NCBI GenBank assembly: GCA_973895155.1
Contig: OZ316894.1
Span: 1,938,457-2,002,456 of the forward strand
DNA: 64,000 nt
Source: Marsupella aquatica
Lineage: Eukaryota > Plantae > Marchantiophyta
Direction: 5' to 3'
Shown piece by piece: positions 38,317 to 50,600 of this stretch. The stretch's first letter is position 1. Each line of letters opens with the position of its first letter. The notes below the pieces were generated by a model. It was not told the DNA's origin. It ran no database searches and saw only the letters and a program-made list of their open reading frames with translations. The position numbers and the translations under genes are program-made.

Positions 38317-38882
38317 ACACTTATATTCTATTAGTCAAATTGAATCAATGTAAGTAAATTCTACTTCTTATCCAACATATTTTACATTATTATCACCCAA
38401 ATGTTTTTCTTTAGAATCCAAATTAATATTTCATTTTCTCCTATGTACAATCTTGATCCCCCAAATGTACAACATCTGGTGCCCAAATGTACAACTCCCA
38501 CTGCCCAAATGTACAATTCTTGTGCCCAAATATTTTTTTTTGTGCCTAAATGTCCAAAGATCAAAGAATTTTCCAGTTTTAATGAATAGACTGATACTTT
38601 GACTGATATTGTGCGGTCCCGCCACAGCACTTGACAGAAAGCAGTGTCCCACGAAGTCGAGTAGCATGTGAAGGGTGAATATAGTGCCAGACTATGGAGA
38701 GGGTGGTAGCATAATGAGATCAAGAGCCAGAGCTGAAGCGGGAGAATAGTGGAGGCAAAAGATCCTCTAGTAGAGACAGAGTGTACAAGTGTGGAGCACA
38801 ACATATAGGCTGGTACTAGGGAGACTAAAAAAGCGCTACTTTTTTAGGGTAGCCGTCAGAATGGTGGCTGTTTGTTAGGTTA

Positions 38883-39488
38883 TGTTGTTGTATATAGTAG
38901 CTCATTCAATATAGTATACGTGTTATATATCTGGGGTATTACGTATACCATGTATTATTTATATTAAAACAAAGTACATGAATATCATATTCTTTTCTAA
39001 GATCCTTTTACCTATGTCCAGTCTATACAAGACCAGAGAGAGAGAGAGAGAGAGAGTTGTGGTTTGGTCAGTGTTCAATTTGGTGTCATTAGGGGGTATC
39101 GAGGCAGCCAGTGGAGAAAAGGAGAGGAGACGGAGGTTACATACATGTTAGGATTTACTCTTAGGTCTAGAGTTACGACTGTACCGTAATTAAGGCTAAC
39201 CTTAGTTGTAAACTTGGTTAGGTTAGTCATGTTGTGCACACTCTATAACCAAGCGGTGTTTGCTTGGTGAGGGTGAACTCAGGCTCATTGTTACGGAGCT
39301 AGTTGAGAGATAGAGAGAGCTTGCGCTGTGCATGCTTGGTATGGCCGGTCGGTCTAGAGTGCAGTAAAGTTCATGTGTATTCCCGTGGACGTAGCCTCAT
39401 GTGGAGGTGAACCACGTATCTCTCTGTCAACTCTTGTGCGTTGGATGGTTCATGGGCTTGCCGTTGCGATTATCGTCTATGCTCAACA
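38883..39488 (+). mobile_element. Probable solo LTR or LTR fragment (Copia-like); boundaries approximate
   Basis: TGTTG...CAACA candidate termini, internal (AG)n tracts, and the motif CCCGTGGACGTAG...GAACCACGTA that is common in plant Copia LTRs. No TSD found. Confidence 0.4.
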
Positions 39489-40420
39489 ATACAATCAGTC
39501 CTCATGTAGGCTATGCACTGGAATAGCTGTTACTTGGCTTGGTGGAATTTTTGATGACATCACTTTTCTGGGTTGTCCAATTAGAGAACATCGGAGGTCA
39601 AATGTTCAACAAGATTTATTCTAAGGTGTGAACTAATGGGCAGTAGTCAAGGGTCCACTAAACTAATTACATTCAAGGAATGGGTCATGGGGCTAATTTT
39701 ACATACAAAGTCATGGGGCTAATTTTACATACAAGGAATGGGTATAAATATTTGTCTTCATATTTATTTAAGTTTAAGGAATGGGTCATGGGGCTAATTC
39801 TAAGTAACTAGTGTATACATTCTCAAGTGAGCTTTTATAATTAGAGTGAGCTCACAAATATGAAGAATGTTTGGTCAAATTTGGCCATTTTCTGCACCAA
39901 TTATGGTGAGTGGAGGAGTAGGTGAGTAAAGCACGGTAATGTCAAATATGGCTGTCTCTGCGCAGCTTCGTTACTCGTTAAGGTCACAGTCTCATCAAGC
40001 ATTGGGCGTCAAGCACAAGCTCCATCGATGCACACATTCATCTTCATCAAGCTCTGAAAATCCTCTCGACAATTATCAATCCTTCGCAAACTCACAGTAG
40101 TCTCCATTCTCGAATAGTCTCCATTCTCGAGCTTTCCTGATCCAATCTCGATCGACTGCTCTTCCTTGTCGACTACTCTGTCCCGCCTCAGGTTACTTCC
40201 TGTTTTCAATCTGTCGTGATTTTATCTTAATCCTCTGTTCCTTTTCCCCAGTTTCGTTCTCTCCAAGCTCAATTCTCTCACTCTGTTTCCGTTTCTCAGT
40301 TCCCGGTTTCTCAGGTAGGAATCCCGTTGTCAAGGTATGGTGATTTGACTGTAGTCCCCTGTTTTTTTCTACATTTTCGTTCTCTCCATGTTCAATTTCG
40401 CACTCTGTCTGTTTCTCGGT

Positions 40421-40576
40421 TTCTCTTGTAGGTGTGATTGATCGATCACAAGAGAGCCCGAAAAAACTCGATCGCAGGGAAGCAGGAGAGAGAGAAAATC
40501 TCTTGTAGGTGTAATTGATCGATCTCAAGAGAGCCGAAAAAAACTGGATTGCAGGGAAGCAAGAGAGTGAGAAAAT
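40421..40576. repeat. ~78-bp tandem duplication upstream of the RBR gene
   Basis: tctcttgtaggtgt.attgatcgatc.caagagagcc...gcagggaagca.gagag.gagaaaat occurs twice. Confidence 0.8.
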
Positions 40577-40684
40577 GGGGGGACTACAATGACGGAGTTG
40601 ATCGATTGATAAGCGAGAAGCTCAAGAAGTGTTGTCGGTTCGCTTCCTATAGTCGGAGCGGGGGAATTCGAGTTGATTCGAATC

Positions 40685-43600
40685 ATGGCGGATGTGGATG
40701 TTGAGGTGGCGTTGATGACGTTCCAGTCGCAGGAGTACGCAAGGGCGTCGATGATGTACTCGGACCTGGAGCTCGCCTGCCAACTCCAGCTCAACGAGGC
40801 CCTCGCTGCCTCGGCCGCCATGAGCAATGAGGCGGGAGCAGTGCGTCCAGAACAATCGGCAAAATTGGCGATTAATGCGAGAGGACCGGCGGCTGGAAGA
40901 GGAGGAGGAAGAGGAGGGGACACAGGAGCGGGAGACAAAGCAATTGCGTGTGCGGTACAGAGTCGCGAGCTGCGGAGACGACAGCAGGAGCTGCTCGACC
41001 AGCAGAAGGCCGTGAAAGCTGGGCGGGATGTGACGGTGGAGATGCAGCGGAGATGGCACGATAGGGAGTTCTCGAAGATGATTTCGGAAATGCCGGAGGC
41101 CGAGTGGGAAAGTGATGGAGACAATTTCGAGAAACCTTTCCTGCCTGGCACCTCGTCAAGTGTTGCTTGCGAAGACGGAGCACAGGAGGGAAATTCTGCA
41201 GAACAGGAATGTATTCTGTACTTCGCCAAGGCTAGGGAGGATCCAGGGTATGTGGGAATGGCATGGGCCGTGACGGACGCCTCGACGGGCCAAGTTCTGT
41301 TCCAGCAGAGCAAGTTTCTAGGGCTCAACGTGAGTGCCTATTCGGCTGACTACACGGCTCTGATCAATGGCCTGTCCTACGCCCGCTCTGCAGGGGTGCG
41401 GAACATTGTGGCTCATGGCGATTCGGCTCTTGTTGCCAATCAGGTATTCAATTGCACTAAAGTTATCCATAGCTGGACACATTTGCGAATTTGATGAATT
41501 GGAAAAGCATAGCCGTTGCTCTTATTATTACTGATGGTGGCGGCAAGTGTGACTATTTCTTCAACTCCCTTGTATGAAATGTTGAGAATTTGTCATAATT
41601 TGATCGTGTTTGGACTCCAAAGGTGTTCAGATGTACTGCAACATATTAGGAGGATAACTTGTAATCAAAATTTGTAGAGAGCTGGAGCTTCGGTCGGGTT
41701 GAACAACATTTAGCGCTCTGAACCCTAATTTCCTAAAGCGTGATGTAAAGCAATCAAAGTCTGCAAAGTACTACCGTTATAATTTTAAGATTTTCTTTGA
41801 TACTTCAATTTGAGGGCTGGATCTCCGCTGTATTCGTACTCTCCTGATTGGTTATGGTAGAGTACCTGTCCCCAAATTAATTAGCAGGGGAAAATTGCAT
41901 TTCCAGGTAGTGCAAGAGAATTCGTTTTGGCCCATTGTAGAACTCGCTGTGGACAAGTAAAATGTATGCGTCGCGTTTTATTCGTTTTTTCGCTTTCTGT
42001 ACATGCTTGTAATCTCCTCCAACTCAAAGCAGAACTTCAGCATACAGTAAGGAATTAGGGACATTTGTCAACAGTGTTCAAAATGGTAGAGCTATTTGTC
42101 CAACCCTTTTGACTCTAGGCCAAAATCTAGATGAGCTCGGCAACACGATTCCTCAGGAAAGTTCTGTTGGGGTAGAACCAAGCAAGACCAGGGTTGCAAT
42201 CTGTTTACCGGCTTATTTACTTTCTGTGTCAACGGAGCTTTTTCTTTAGGCCAGAGTCCACGTCCATGTCGTTCTAGTCAATCATTGCTACTTATATCGC
42301 AATCATTGCTACTTTCTGTCAACCAGGGAATGTTGTACAGTGTAGAACTTTTGTAATTTTCTTTGTCGATAGTTACATTTAGTGACGGGGTCCACTAGCT
42401 TTACCCTGGAGCAATTTGCCAATAAGACGTTACTCCGGATGACCTCCTCCATTGCAATGTTGGTTTAGTCATATGAATTTCGTACTTGGAAGAATTTGGT
42501 TTTGAGCACGGCTCCAAAATCCAAGTCTTATGAGAAATCGCCGCAAATGGAAAATGCGTGGATTTCAACACTGGTTAAAATCCTTCATTATATCATTATG
42601 AAAAGTTGGGTTTTGAGGACTGCACAATTATCGCGAATTTTCCACATTCACGCGACTAGTTATTTCAATAAATTCCAATAAAAAACATTTCTCCCTGCAG
42701 TGGCAGAACTCTCGTAGGTTTTTGTTTGGGATCAAATCTGCCCTTGGTGATTCTTTAGCTGTGATATATGGATGCAGCAGATTTGAAAGACCTAGTTTGG
42801 GGACTTGCTCATAGTCATACTTACTTCGTGTGCTTATGGTTTACTTCTTGCATCAGGTCAGAGGACAGTGGAGGGCACGTTCCCAGCCGCAAGTCAAATT
42901 TTTGGAAGAGGTGAAAGAGTATGAAAAGGAACTGCTGGATGGGTTTACCGTTCTTCATGTTCCAAATGACAAGAATCAGTATGCTATAACCCTGGCGAGG
43001 CAGGCTATTCAAGGACATCTGGAAAAACTCAGAAAAAATGGTCAACAGATCCCCGTACAAGCCAAGGACGAGGACATTAGCGAGGATTGTCCCATTTGCT
43101 TTGAGAGAACGCCTGTTGATGAAATGTTTAGTGCAAGGAGTTGCTCCCACAGATTCTGCCGGAATTGCTTGTCCCAGCACGTAGAGGTCCAGGTCAAGGA
43201 GAATCTGGTGCCAGTTCGCTGCCCTATGGAATGCTCCAACCATCTGGAGCTTGATCAATGTCAGCCATATCTTCCTCTCAACGTTGTAGATGCATTTGCA
43301 AGGCGTTTAACAGAGGCCAGTATACCCGAGGCAGATAGAGTTTACTGTCCATTCAAAAATTGCTCCGCCTTGATGTCGAAAGGTGGACTGAATCTGTCGA
43401 GCGCGGGAAGCTCGTCTGGTCATCCATCGATTGGCCGTTGTGAGTGTATGGTGTGTCACCGGCTCTTTTGCGTTGAATGTCAGGTTCCTTGGCATGTAGA
43501 CCTGTCCTGCGCCAAATTTCAGAAACTTCCACCTGATGAAAGGGATCCACAAGACGTAAAGCTACATCAACTAGCAAGGAACCAGAATTGGCAGCGTTGC

Positions 43601-44448
43601 AAGAAATGCAAGCACCTCATTGAGCTGAATACAGGCTGCTACCACATGACTTGCAAGTAAGTTCTTCAGTTGTTTGTTGCTCCATGAGTAAGTTTAAAAT
43701 AAATGCAACTGTTGGCGACACGTCGACCTTACGTTTGGGTGTGGCTGTGTTTTTCTAAAAGAAAAGGCTTTCATGATCATTGAGCCTTACAAAAAGCTTC
43801 CTCAGTTTCATGCGGACTCGTTGTTTTCTGCTCTTTGTCTCTCTCTTGTGTACCCAGGGTTAATCCGCCAGCCTGGGGAGCGTCAGATATCTTTTGTTTC
43901 CGGTCAAGATTTTCCTCTCTTGAAGTGTGAAAATTTTCAGTGCTTTCTGGCATTGTTGGTGATGTAGGTTAATTATATGTTTTATGCGTCTTTAGTTCCG
44001 TCTACAACTTTCTTTCTTTGAGCCATGTTGGGCGTGAGTTTCACGCACTTGTGCAGCAGGGCGGAAGCACAAGTTGTATACATGCAATTGCCGACTGTGG
44101 GAGGAGAAAACGTCGTTGAGGATGCTTACATGTGTTTTGCATTGTTTGTACAGGTGTGGACATGAATTTTGCTACACTTGTGGAGCAGAGTGGAAAGACA
44201 AACACGCGACTTGCAAATGCAAACTATGGGATGAAAACAACATCATTGGGGACGATGATGTGGATTCTGACGACGACGAAAGTGAACCTGAATATGAGTC
44301 CGAACCTGAGGACTTCAATACTGCCTACAACTATTACAAGACTCAGATATGTAAGCACTGGCGCAATGGTAACTGTTGGTCTGGTGACGCCTGTAATTTT
44401 GCACATGGACAAGGTGAGCTGCGGCGAGTGGAGTACCGCCATTTTTGA
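40685..44448 (+). CDS. RBR-type (RING1-IBR-RING2) E3 ubiquitin ligase, RSL1/RFA-like, with an RNase H-like domain and a C-terminal CCCH zinc finger; exons 40685-41443, 42857-43656, 44154-44448
   Basis: [15 protein letters not shown]-terminus; RNase-H-like [20 protein letters not shown]; RING1 [15 protein letters not shown]; [25 protein letters not shown]; RING2 CKKC..GCYHMTC|[11 protein letters not shown]; [25 protein letters not shown]. Splice phases are consistent. Confidence 0.9.
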
Positions 44449-47246
44449 ACTTCTGTTTTATGCTCATCTAGATTCACCACATTTCACGGATCTCGCTGTT
44501 GAACTTTTGCGGATAGGTTTCTTCAACACAGTTTTGGTTTGAACATAATTGGAAGTTAATTGCACAACGATCTGTAACCCATACGAGCGAGCATGGCAGC
44601 ATTTCCACACCAGTCTGTTAATGATTGGTCATCTTGTGTGCCACAATGAGGACAATGTACATTTGTCAAAAATTATCAGTGAATTTCATTTTCATAGCTA
44701 AGTTTTTTCTCTATGGACCATCCCCGGATAGAGTTGGGTGACCTGATCTGTTCACGTACTCTTAGCTGTCATCAATCTTAGTTTGTCTGTAGTGGTCTGC
44801 TAGGCTTCCAAGACATAGACATGTTTAGTGATGATACATGGTTGTTCCCTGAAGTATCAGCTCGAGGAGAATTTTGACAATGCCTCCCATCTACTATGAC
44901 GTGGTATATATCGTAATCTATTGTTTCCAAATGTCATGGCAAAATCGTTAAGGAAACATTCGACCACGATTGAGTTGTCTACTGATCTCATCGCTTTTGG
45001 AATTTGCGTAGCTTCGATCAAGGACTGCAGTCCTGTTTCTCAATCAATGAACTTATCATAACCACTTGTATCGAGTGTGCTAAAAAGTAGGTAGTTTTCA
45101 TCGCTCACATAATAGGAATCTTTCAAAATCTCAAATGTTTCTTGTACTGCACCCTAGGGCTGAACTTGATCATTTTGTGAAATCACGGGGCTTTTTTGTG
45201 TGGACTCCGTGGAGATGCAAATTATTCCTTTCCCTTCAGGTTCTGATTTATCAAGCATGAACACAATCAACCACAACGCAAGAAACGCTTCCTGTTTCAG
45301 CAACTTCATTTTGTAGACTGACAACTTCTCCTCTGTTGGAAGCTTGATCCAAATTGCTGTCCAATCTGGCTTTTGCTCAAATCATTTTTTAGGGGCTCGG
45401 TAGTTCTAGATAGACCTTGCTAACAATGACCCTCTCTTCAAGGGGTTAGGAGACCCTATCTACCTTTGTATCCTGCAGCTACGGAACGAAGAGGAATGTA
45501 TCCTGAACGAATGCACTGCCTAGACCGGTGGATGGGATCAAAACCACTGGGGTAAGTCGATTGTTTGGTTTCTAATCCAAGTCTCACAGTCGAGAAGGCT
45601 TTGGTACTGTAATATACAGAACCTGGGTAACCACTTCTGGAATTGGAGGGCCTTCACACGCATCTGGTAACAAGACGAGGTTACGTTCGTTGTTAGTGGC
45701 CAATAAACATCTGGGTTACTTACCACTGAAGAGCGGCACCGCAACCTCGGATTTGCGTGCTCGGAAGCATGGTTTAACGGGTTCCTCCCTCTTCCTCAAT
45801 TCGGAAGATCGATTTGGTTAAAGTGCCCTTTGAAGAGTTTAAGGCAGTCGGCAATCGCTGTGTCTTCTATGCTCTACAAAGAGAAAACCAGCGTTTTTCT
45901 TTCGAATTTCGCCTCACAAAAGGCGAATGCGAGGATATCTACATCCTCTCAATAGACGCCTGCATTCGGGTCGACATCTTTAAAAAATGACGTTTCCTTT
46001 GAGGCAAAGAACCCACAGACGATATGGGGGACCAAACAACAAAATATCAAATCACAATGTCCCATCTGATTTGTTCAAGCAGCATTCCTTTGGTACGTGC
46101 ACTGCTGCAAGATAAGCCAGTTGATGATCTCTATGAGCAATCACTTGATACAAAATAGTCCTCTAGCTCTTGGTTTCACTGATTACTGAGATTCAGCTCC
46201 CATATTTTTTGTAAGGGTCACCTTAAGTTGACTCAGTCTGCAAAGTCGCAATGCCGATATCTAGGTCCACTTCTATAAATCGTAAGAGTCACCTTAATTT
46301 GGCTCACTCTGCAAAGCCGCAATGCCGATGTCATATTGACAAAATTACCAAAGCCGCCACGAAAACCAGAACGAAACGACCTTTCTGATCTTTCCATCTA
46401 TCACTAACTTGGCCGCAGAGAGTTATATTCTGTCAGTAAACTTCTTGCTTCTATATATGGGTGCGACCTGGGCCATGATTCTTGTATGGGCTTTGTAGGT
46501 AGCAATGTATTTTTCAGATAGAAATCGTCAGGTAGATGAACTGTAATCATCACCGCTGATGCATGAGACTTCTCAGATGACCGGCTAGGCTCCAATGAAC
46601 TCGGATTAGAAGGAACAGGACAAAGTGAACTCGGTGCAAATGAAGACAATGGAATTCAAATTTTACACTTTATTTGGCGAGTAGAACAGCTATTATAATA
46701 AGTGGCTGCAAATCGCTGGCTTCATAGAATACAAGGGAGGCCATGTCTATCTGCAGAAATTCGCAAGCGGGCTATCAGTTAATATCAATCGTGCAGTCAA
46801 TGTCGCTGGCTGCATTGAATAGACTATTATCGACGGTTGCGTATAGTCTATCAACGTTTCATTGCCAAACAACTACCGGATTATTCCGTATCGATATGTA
46901 TCAGTGTTCAGTCGATCAAAAGGTCGACATGTGGTGGGAAAACTGTGACTGGTCTATCCTCTAGTTAAATCGAGCTAGCTTCCATTGTCATGTCCCCAAA
47001 TTGCAGTAAATGATCTGAATCGTTCCCTACTTCAGGCTTTGACAGTGCTAGTTGCCCTTCGTGCCATGTGATCCCTTGACTACTTATTGGTACTGTGCCA
47101 CCCTTCGTTTGACAGCTTCATCCCCGGCTTCATCGAGGGCCTAGCTGCGACTTGAACGAATTTTCTCCTGCTCTATACATCTTAGTTTGCTGGGTATCGT
47201 AGCAGTCTGTGAAGCCTCGCTGCAGCTTGGACTGCATCCTGTAAGG

Positions 47247-47666
47247 CTATTCAGCATAGTGGCCGCACTGGAAGAAAGCGCATCGGTCTTTCCGGCACTT
47301 GTGGCCGCAGAATCCACAGTTGTTGGAGTCATTGGCCAAATTCGCGCACTTACCATTGCAGCAAACCCAATCGTCAGGGCAAGAATTGCCGCAGGCTCCG
47401 CAGTTGAAACGGTCTGACGAGGTGGGAATGCAAAGAGGAAACCCGAAGGCTCGTCCAAAGTTTGAGAATTGGCAGCAAGACGAGGACGATGTACATCCAA
47501 GTTTGCACTGAGTGGACGATACCAAACCAGTCGAGTGTTCCTGCTCAGCCAGTCGGCGCCGCGCAAACGACGATTCGCCGCTCACGCCATCCATGACCAC
47601 GCCTGCCGCAAGAGCCACGAGTAGTAGAGATATCAGAGTCCCGCGGTAGGCCATCGGATGATCCAT
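47247..47666 (-). CDS. STIG1-family small secreted cysteine-rich protein
   Basis: Signal peptide, then the repeats DRFNCGACGNSC..CCNGKC..DSNNCGFCGHKC..C..GHYA typical of STIG1. Single exon. Confidence 0.85.
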   Translation of the reverse strand: MDHPMAYRGTLISLLLVALAAGVVMDGVSGESSFARRRLAEQEHSTGLVSSTQCKLGCTSSSSCCQFSNFGRAFGFPLCIPTSSDRFNCGACGNSCPDDWVCCNGKCANLANDSNNCGFCGHKCRKDRCAFFQCGHYAE

Positions 47667-50600
47667 TACTGGATGGAGCTAGCGAGCAGCGAGAGGAAGC
47701 GATCGAGAGAGACCTGACTGCCCAACTGCTAGCTACACGGAAGCTGACTGAAGACCGAAGACGATGATAAAGTGCTCAATCTCGATTTACAGTAGCGATG
47801 CTACAGCGGATCCTCGGTATAGTTCACGTACTTACGACTAGATCGTCAGACAAGGTGCTGCGCCCACTCTACTGGGAGTCAGCTTGAGATCGATGCGCTT
47901 TCCTGTCGAATAGCTGCCGCTTTTAAGCATTCCTGGAGTCCCGGACCATGCCCTGGCCAGCATCGCTCGCTCACTGACGACTTTAGCCACAGTCGAAACT
48001 CAACGTGATTTCTGGTACAAATGCCATGATCGAGAGTGCCGACGCTTTCCAGCAGATTCGCGTGCGACCTGCCACGATCATCATCTCCAAATTCGCTGCG
48101 CGCGGCTGGCTTTGAAGTCTTTGGCTTCCTGATATTCTGGTCGTCAAGCTCATCAATGAAAGTGGGAGACGAATGGACTCCTTAAATATTTGGCGTCTTC
48201 TGCATGGGGACGCCTACCGAAGAGGGTGTCACATGATTGATTTTTCTTAGCGCCCGGTGGACTTTAGGGGTACATTGCATCTTCAGCTACTATTCTCTGA
48301 GTGTCAGATGTTTCGTTTCCTAGCCCGATTCTTGTTGGAATTTACTTTCCCCATTCTGCCTAGGAATTGAAGCTAACGCGAACTCAAGAAAAAGGAATCA
48401 TTCATTTGAGACTCACTTTAGTTCACAATCTTCCTTTGCAACGACGTGGCCAACCTCGAGTAGATTGAACGTCCCCCAAATGCAAGCCCGCGTCATATAG
48501 AGGACCCTTTGACAAAGTTGACAGCATAACATTTTTCGTCCGGAAATTAAATGTGACTGGGCCTGAACGGCTGCCAGAGGTCTACTTTCGAGCTGTTCTG
48601 CTGTTGGACTGCATAATGGAACGAAGCAACGATCTGGGATTGCGATCCCGGAAACAACTTTTTTGTATTCGATTTTTTTGTAATCAAGTGATTGGCGACG
48701 TTGAAGAAAGCTTTTGAAATCTGATCGTGGGACGTCATGACTTATTTACATCTTGAAGGATTGTAGTATGAGGATTGTAGTATGTGGAAAGATCTGCGAG
48801 CGTTTATGTTGGGGTACGTGAGCAGTATTAGTGTCGACTCACTCATTTATCGTAATACGATTTATTTTTTACACAGTTCAGGGGGTCGGAGTATTCCAGG
48901 GTTCCTCCAATGAATGACCATCCTTGATCCGTTGGGAACGAGGCTGTGGCCCGACCCTCGAGTCCACCAGCGGACAATGATGAGGCAAAGAAAGAGCACA
49001 TTCCCAAGCCCCACAATGTAGTCCAACTGAATCTCAGAAGATCCCCCGCCTCCAAGATTACCGTCCTGGAGCTGTCCACCAGTTCAAAGGAACTCAAGGT
49101 CTGCAAGGTGAGTGACTGTTTCTTCCACGGTGACTGGGATCCTTCTTCAAGTCTAAGAAACCTCACTCTTCAATATAGACTCCCCAGATGACGTCTCCGT
49201 CTAATCCTCCCGTCGTCTCCTTCGTCCCCTCTTCGTCCCTTCCTTTCCTAGATTGGTAAGATAACTTTCAGACCCAACAGTCAGAATGGTTTCGCACCCT
49301 GAATTCGATTCCGCTGACGAGAGTTGAAGGCTCATGAATGTGCATTTTTGGGTGGCAGGGAGACTGCTCTGGGAGAGAATGTCAATAAAGGAAGGTACTA
49401 ACAGCATTGTAGAAAACAATCCTCCACAACTCAATGTCAAGATCCGGGCCATAGCTGAATAACGCTTGAGGTCGGATCTGACCTGTTGCCACATATTCAG
49501 TTATAAAGCATGACATGTAACTGTCATTGACAAAGAATACTTGTCCAGCAGTTCAAGTAATTATGCTTACACTTCCCAGATGTACTGTAGAGGAAAGGCT
49601 TCCGGAGACTTCAAATGGAGCTCTATGAACAGTGCACTACTTGAACCCGATCCGTCCTGTACAAAATCCTCTGTAGTTCCACATCTGTAGACATCATTTA
49701 CAGTTAACAACCGGTTTTAGAATTTCCTTATCGACTGCTAAATCATTTGGTGTGAAGTGGCTGTGAACCAGCCAGTGTCCTTTCAATGGTTCATCCATTT
49801 TGGAACTATTCTCCAATGAGCTCCCAAAATGTGCGCAAAGTCAAAGAAAACATATCTGACTGCAATTCTGATGCTCTTGAGCATCTATCTAGAGTGGCTT
49901 CATTGTTGTGTTTAAGGAAAACTACAACCTTGTTTTGCCATCATCAGGCTCTGGCAGGGCCAACGAAGGCTATAGTGTCAAGCACGTTCGGTCGGCTTCG
50001 TTGTACTCCATTTTGACCACTGTTAGTGCTGACACTGAAGTGAATCAATCTTACAAGGTACACCTACCAGACTTGTTCAACAGACTTTAGTACCAAACTC
50101 GCAGACTACTACTCCTGGATTTTTGCGATACACGTATGGAGCCCATGTGATAGCCCGCAAGCATATCTAACAATCGAGAAGTCTCTTAAGATCGTTGTGA
50201 GATTGCTTGCACTTTTCAGTGACACTGCGTTTTGGCTACTGGTGGGTACACTAATCAGCGCTAATCAGGTAGCCAGCGTATTGTCCAATTGGTCCCACGT
50301 TCAGCTCGCCATCTGTAGTCCCCATAGTGAAACACTGTTTTCTTCTCTTCTTCGGAAACGGCAAATACAGAGCCATTTATGATCGAGTTCCTGCGAGGGA
50401 ACAGTAGTAGCTCCGAACGATGAGTCAGTCATCAATCACAGCGATACCGTGACCATATCCGAACTTTACTGGGATGATTAGAAACTTTTGCCTATAGTTG
50501 TGCACGTAATGGCAAACGACATTTGAGTATGTCGCCCGAACTTCCTATCACAAACACAGGAGATCGTTATTTGCGGCCCACTGCAGTGGCTTGTACTTCT

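Larger units (their letters stand above)
25618..38595. mobile_element. ~13 kb cut-and-paste DNA transposon, Sola(1)-like, with cargo genes
   Basis: Left end ATCACCCTATTCATTAAAACTGGAA; reverse complement of right end ATCAGTCTATTCATTAAAACTGGAA (23/25 identical). ACTT lies immediately outside both ends (25614-25617, 38596-38599). The element holds a 1230-aa DDD-type transposase and ~21-bp-period subterminal repeats at both ends. Confidence 0.85.

Noticed and set aside
25618-38595. Classifying the element as CACTA/EnSpm (CA...TG ends with a 2-bp AT TSD)
   Set aside because: Extending the TIRs by AT gives a perfect 4-bp TSD (ACTT), and the catalytic motifs (DNxxxxNKN, GHTHEDVD) are not those of TnpD. 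Only the N-terminal repeats look CACTA-related.
40525-41328. 267-aa antisense ORF overlapping RBR exon 1, and similar shadow ORFs over the protease, STIG1 and transposon genes
   Set aside because: These are explained by the GC-rich codon structure of the real gene on the other strand or frame, and have no motifs of their own.
45400-46010. Possible decayed LINE ORF1 fragment on the - strand (LQFQKWLPRF...TWIR...DLPQW)
   Set aside because: It has only a faint resemblance and many stops, with no adjacent endonuclease or RT motifs.
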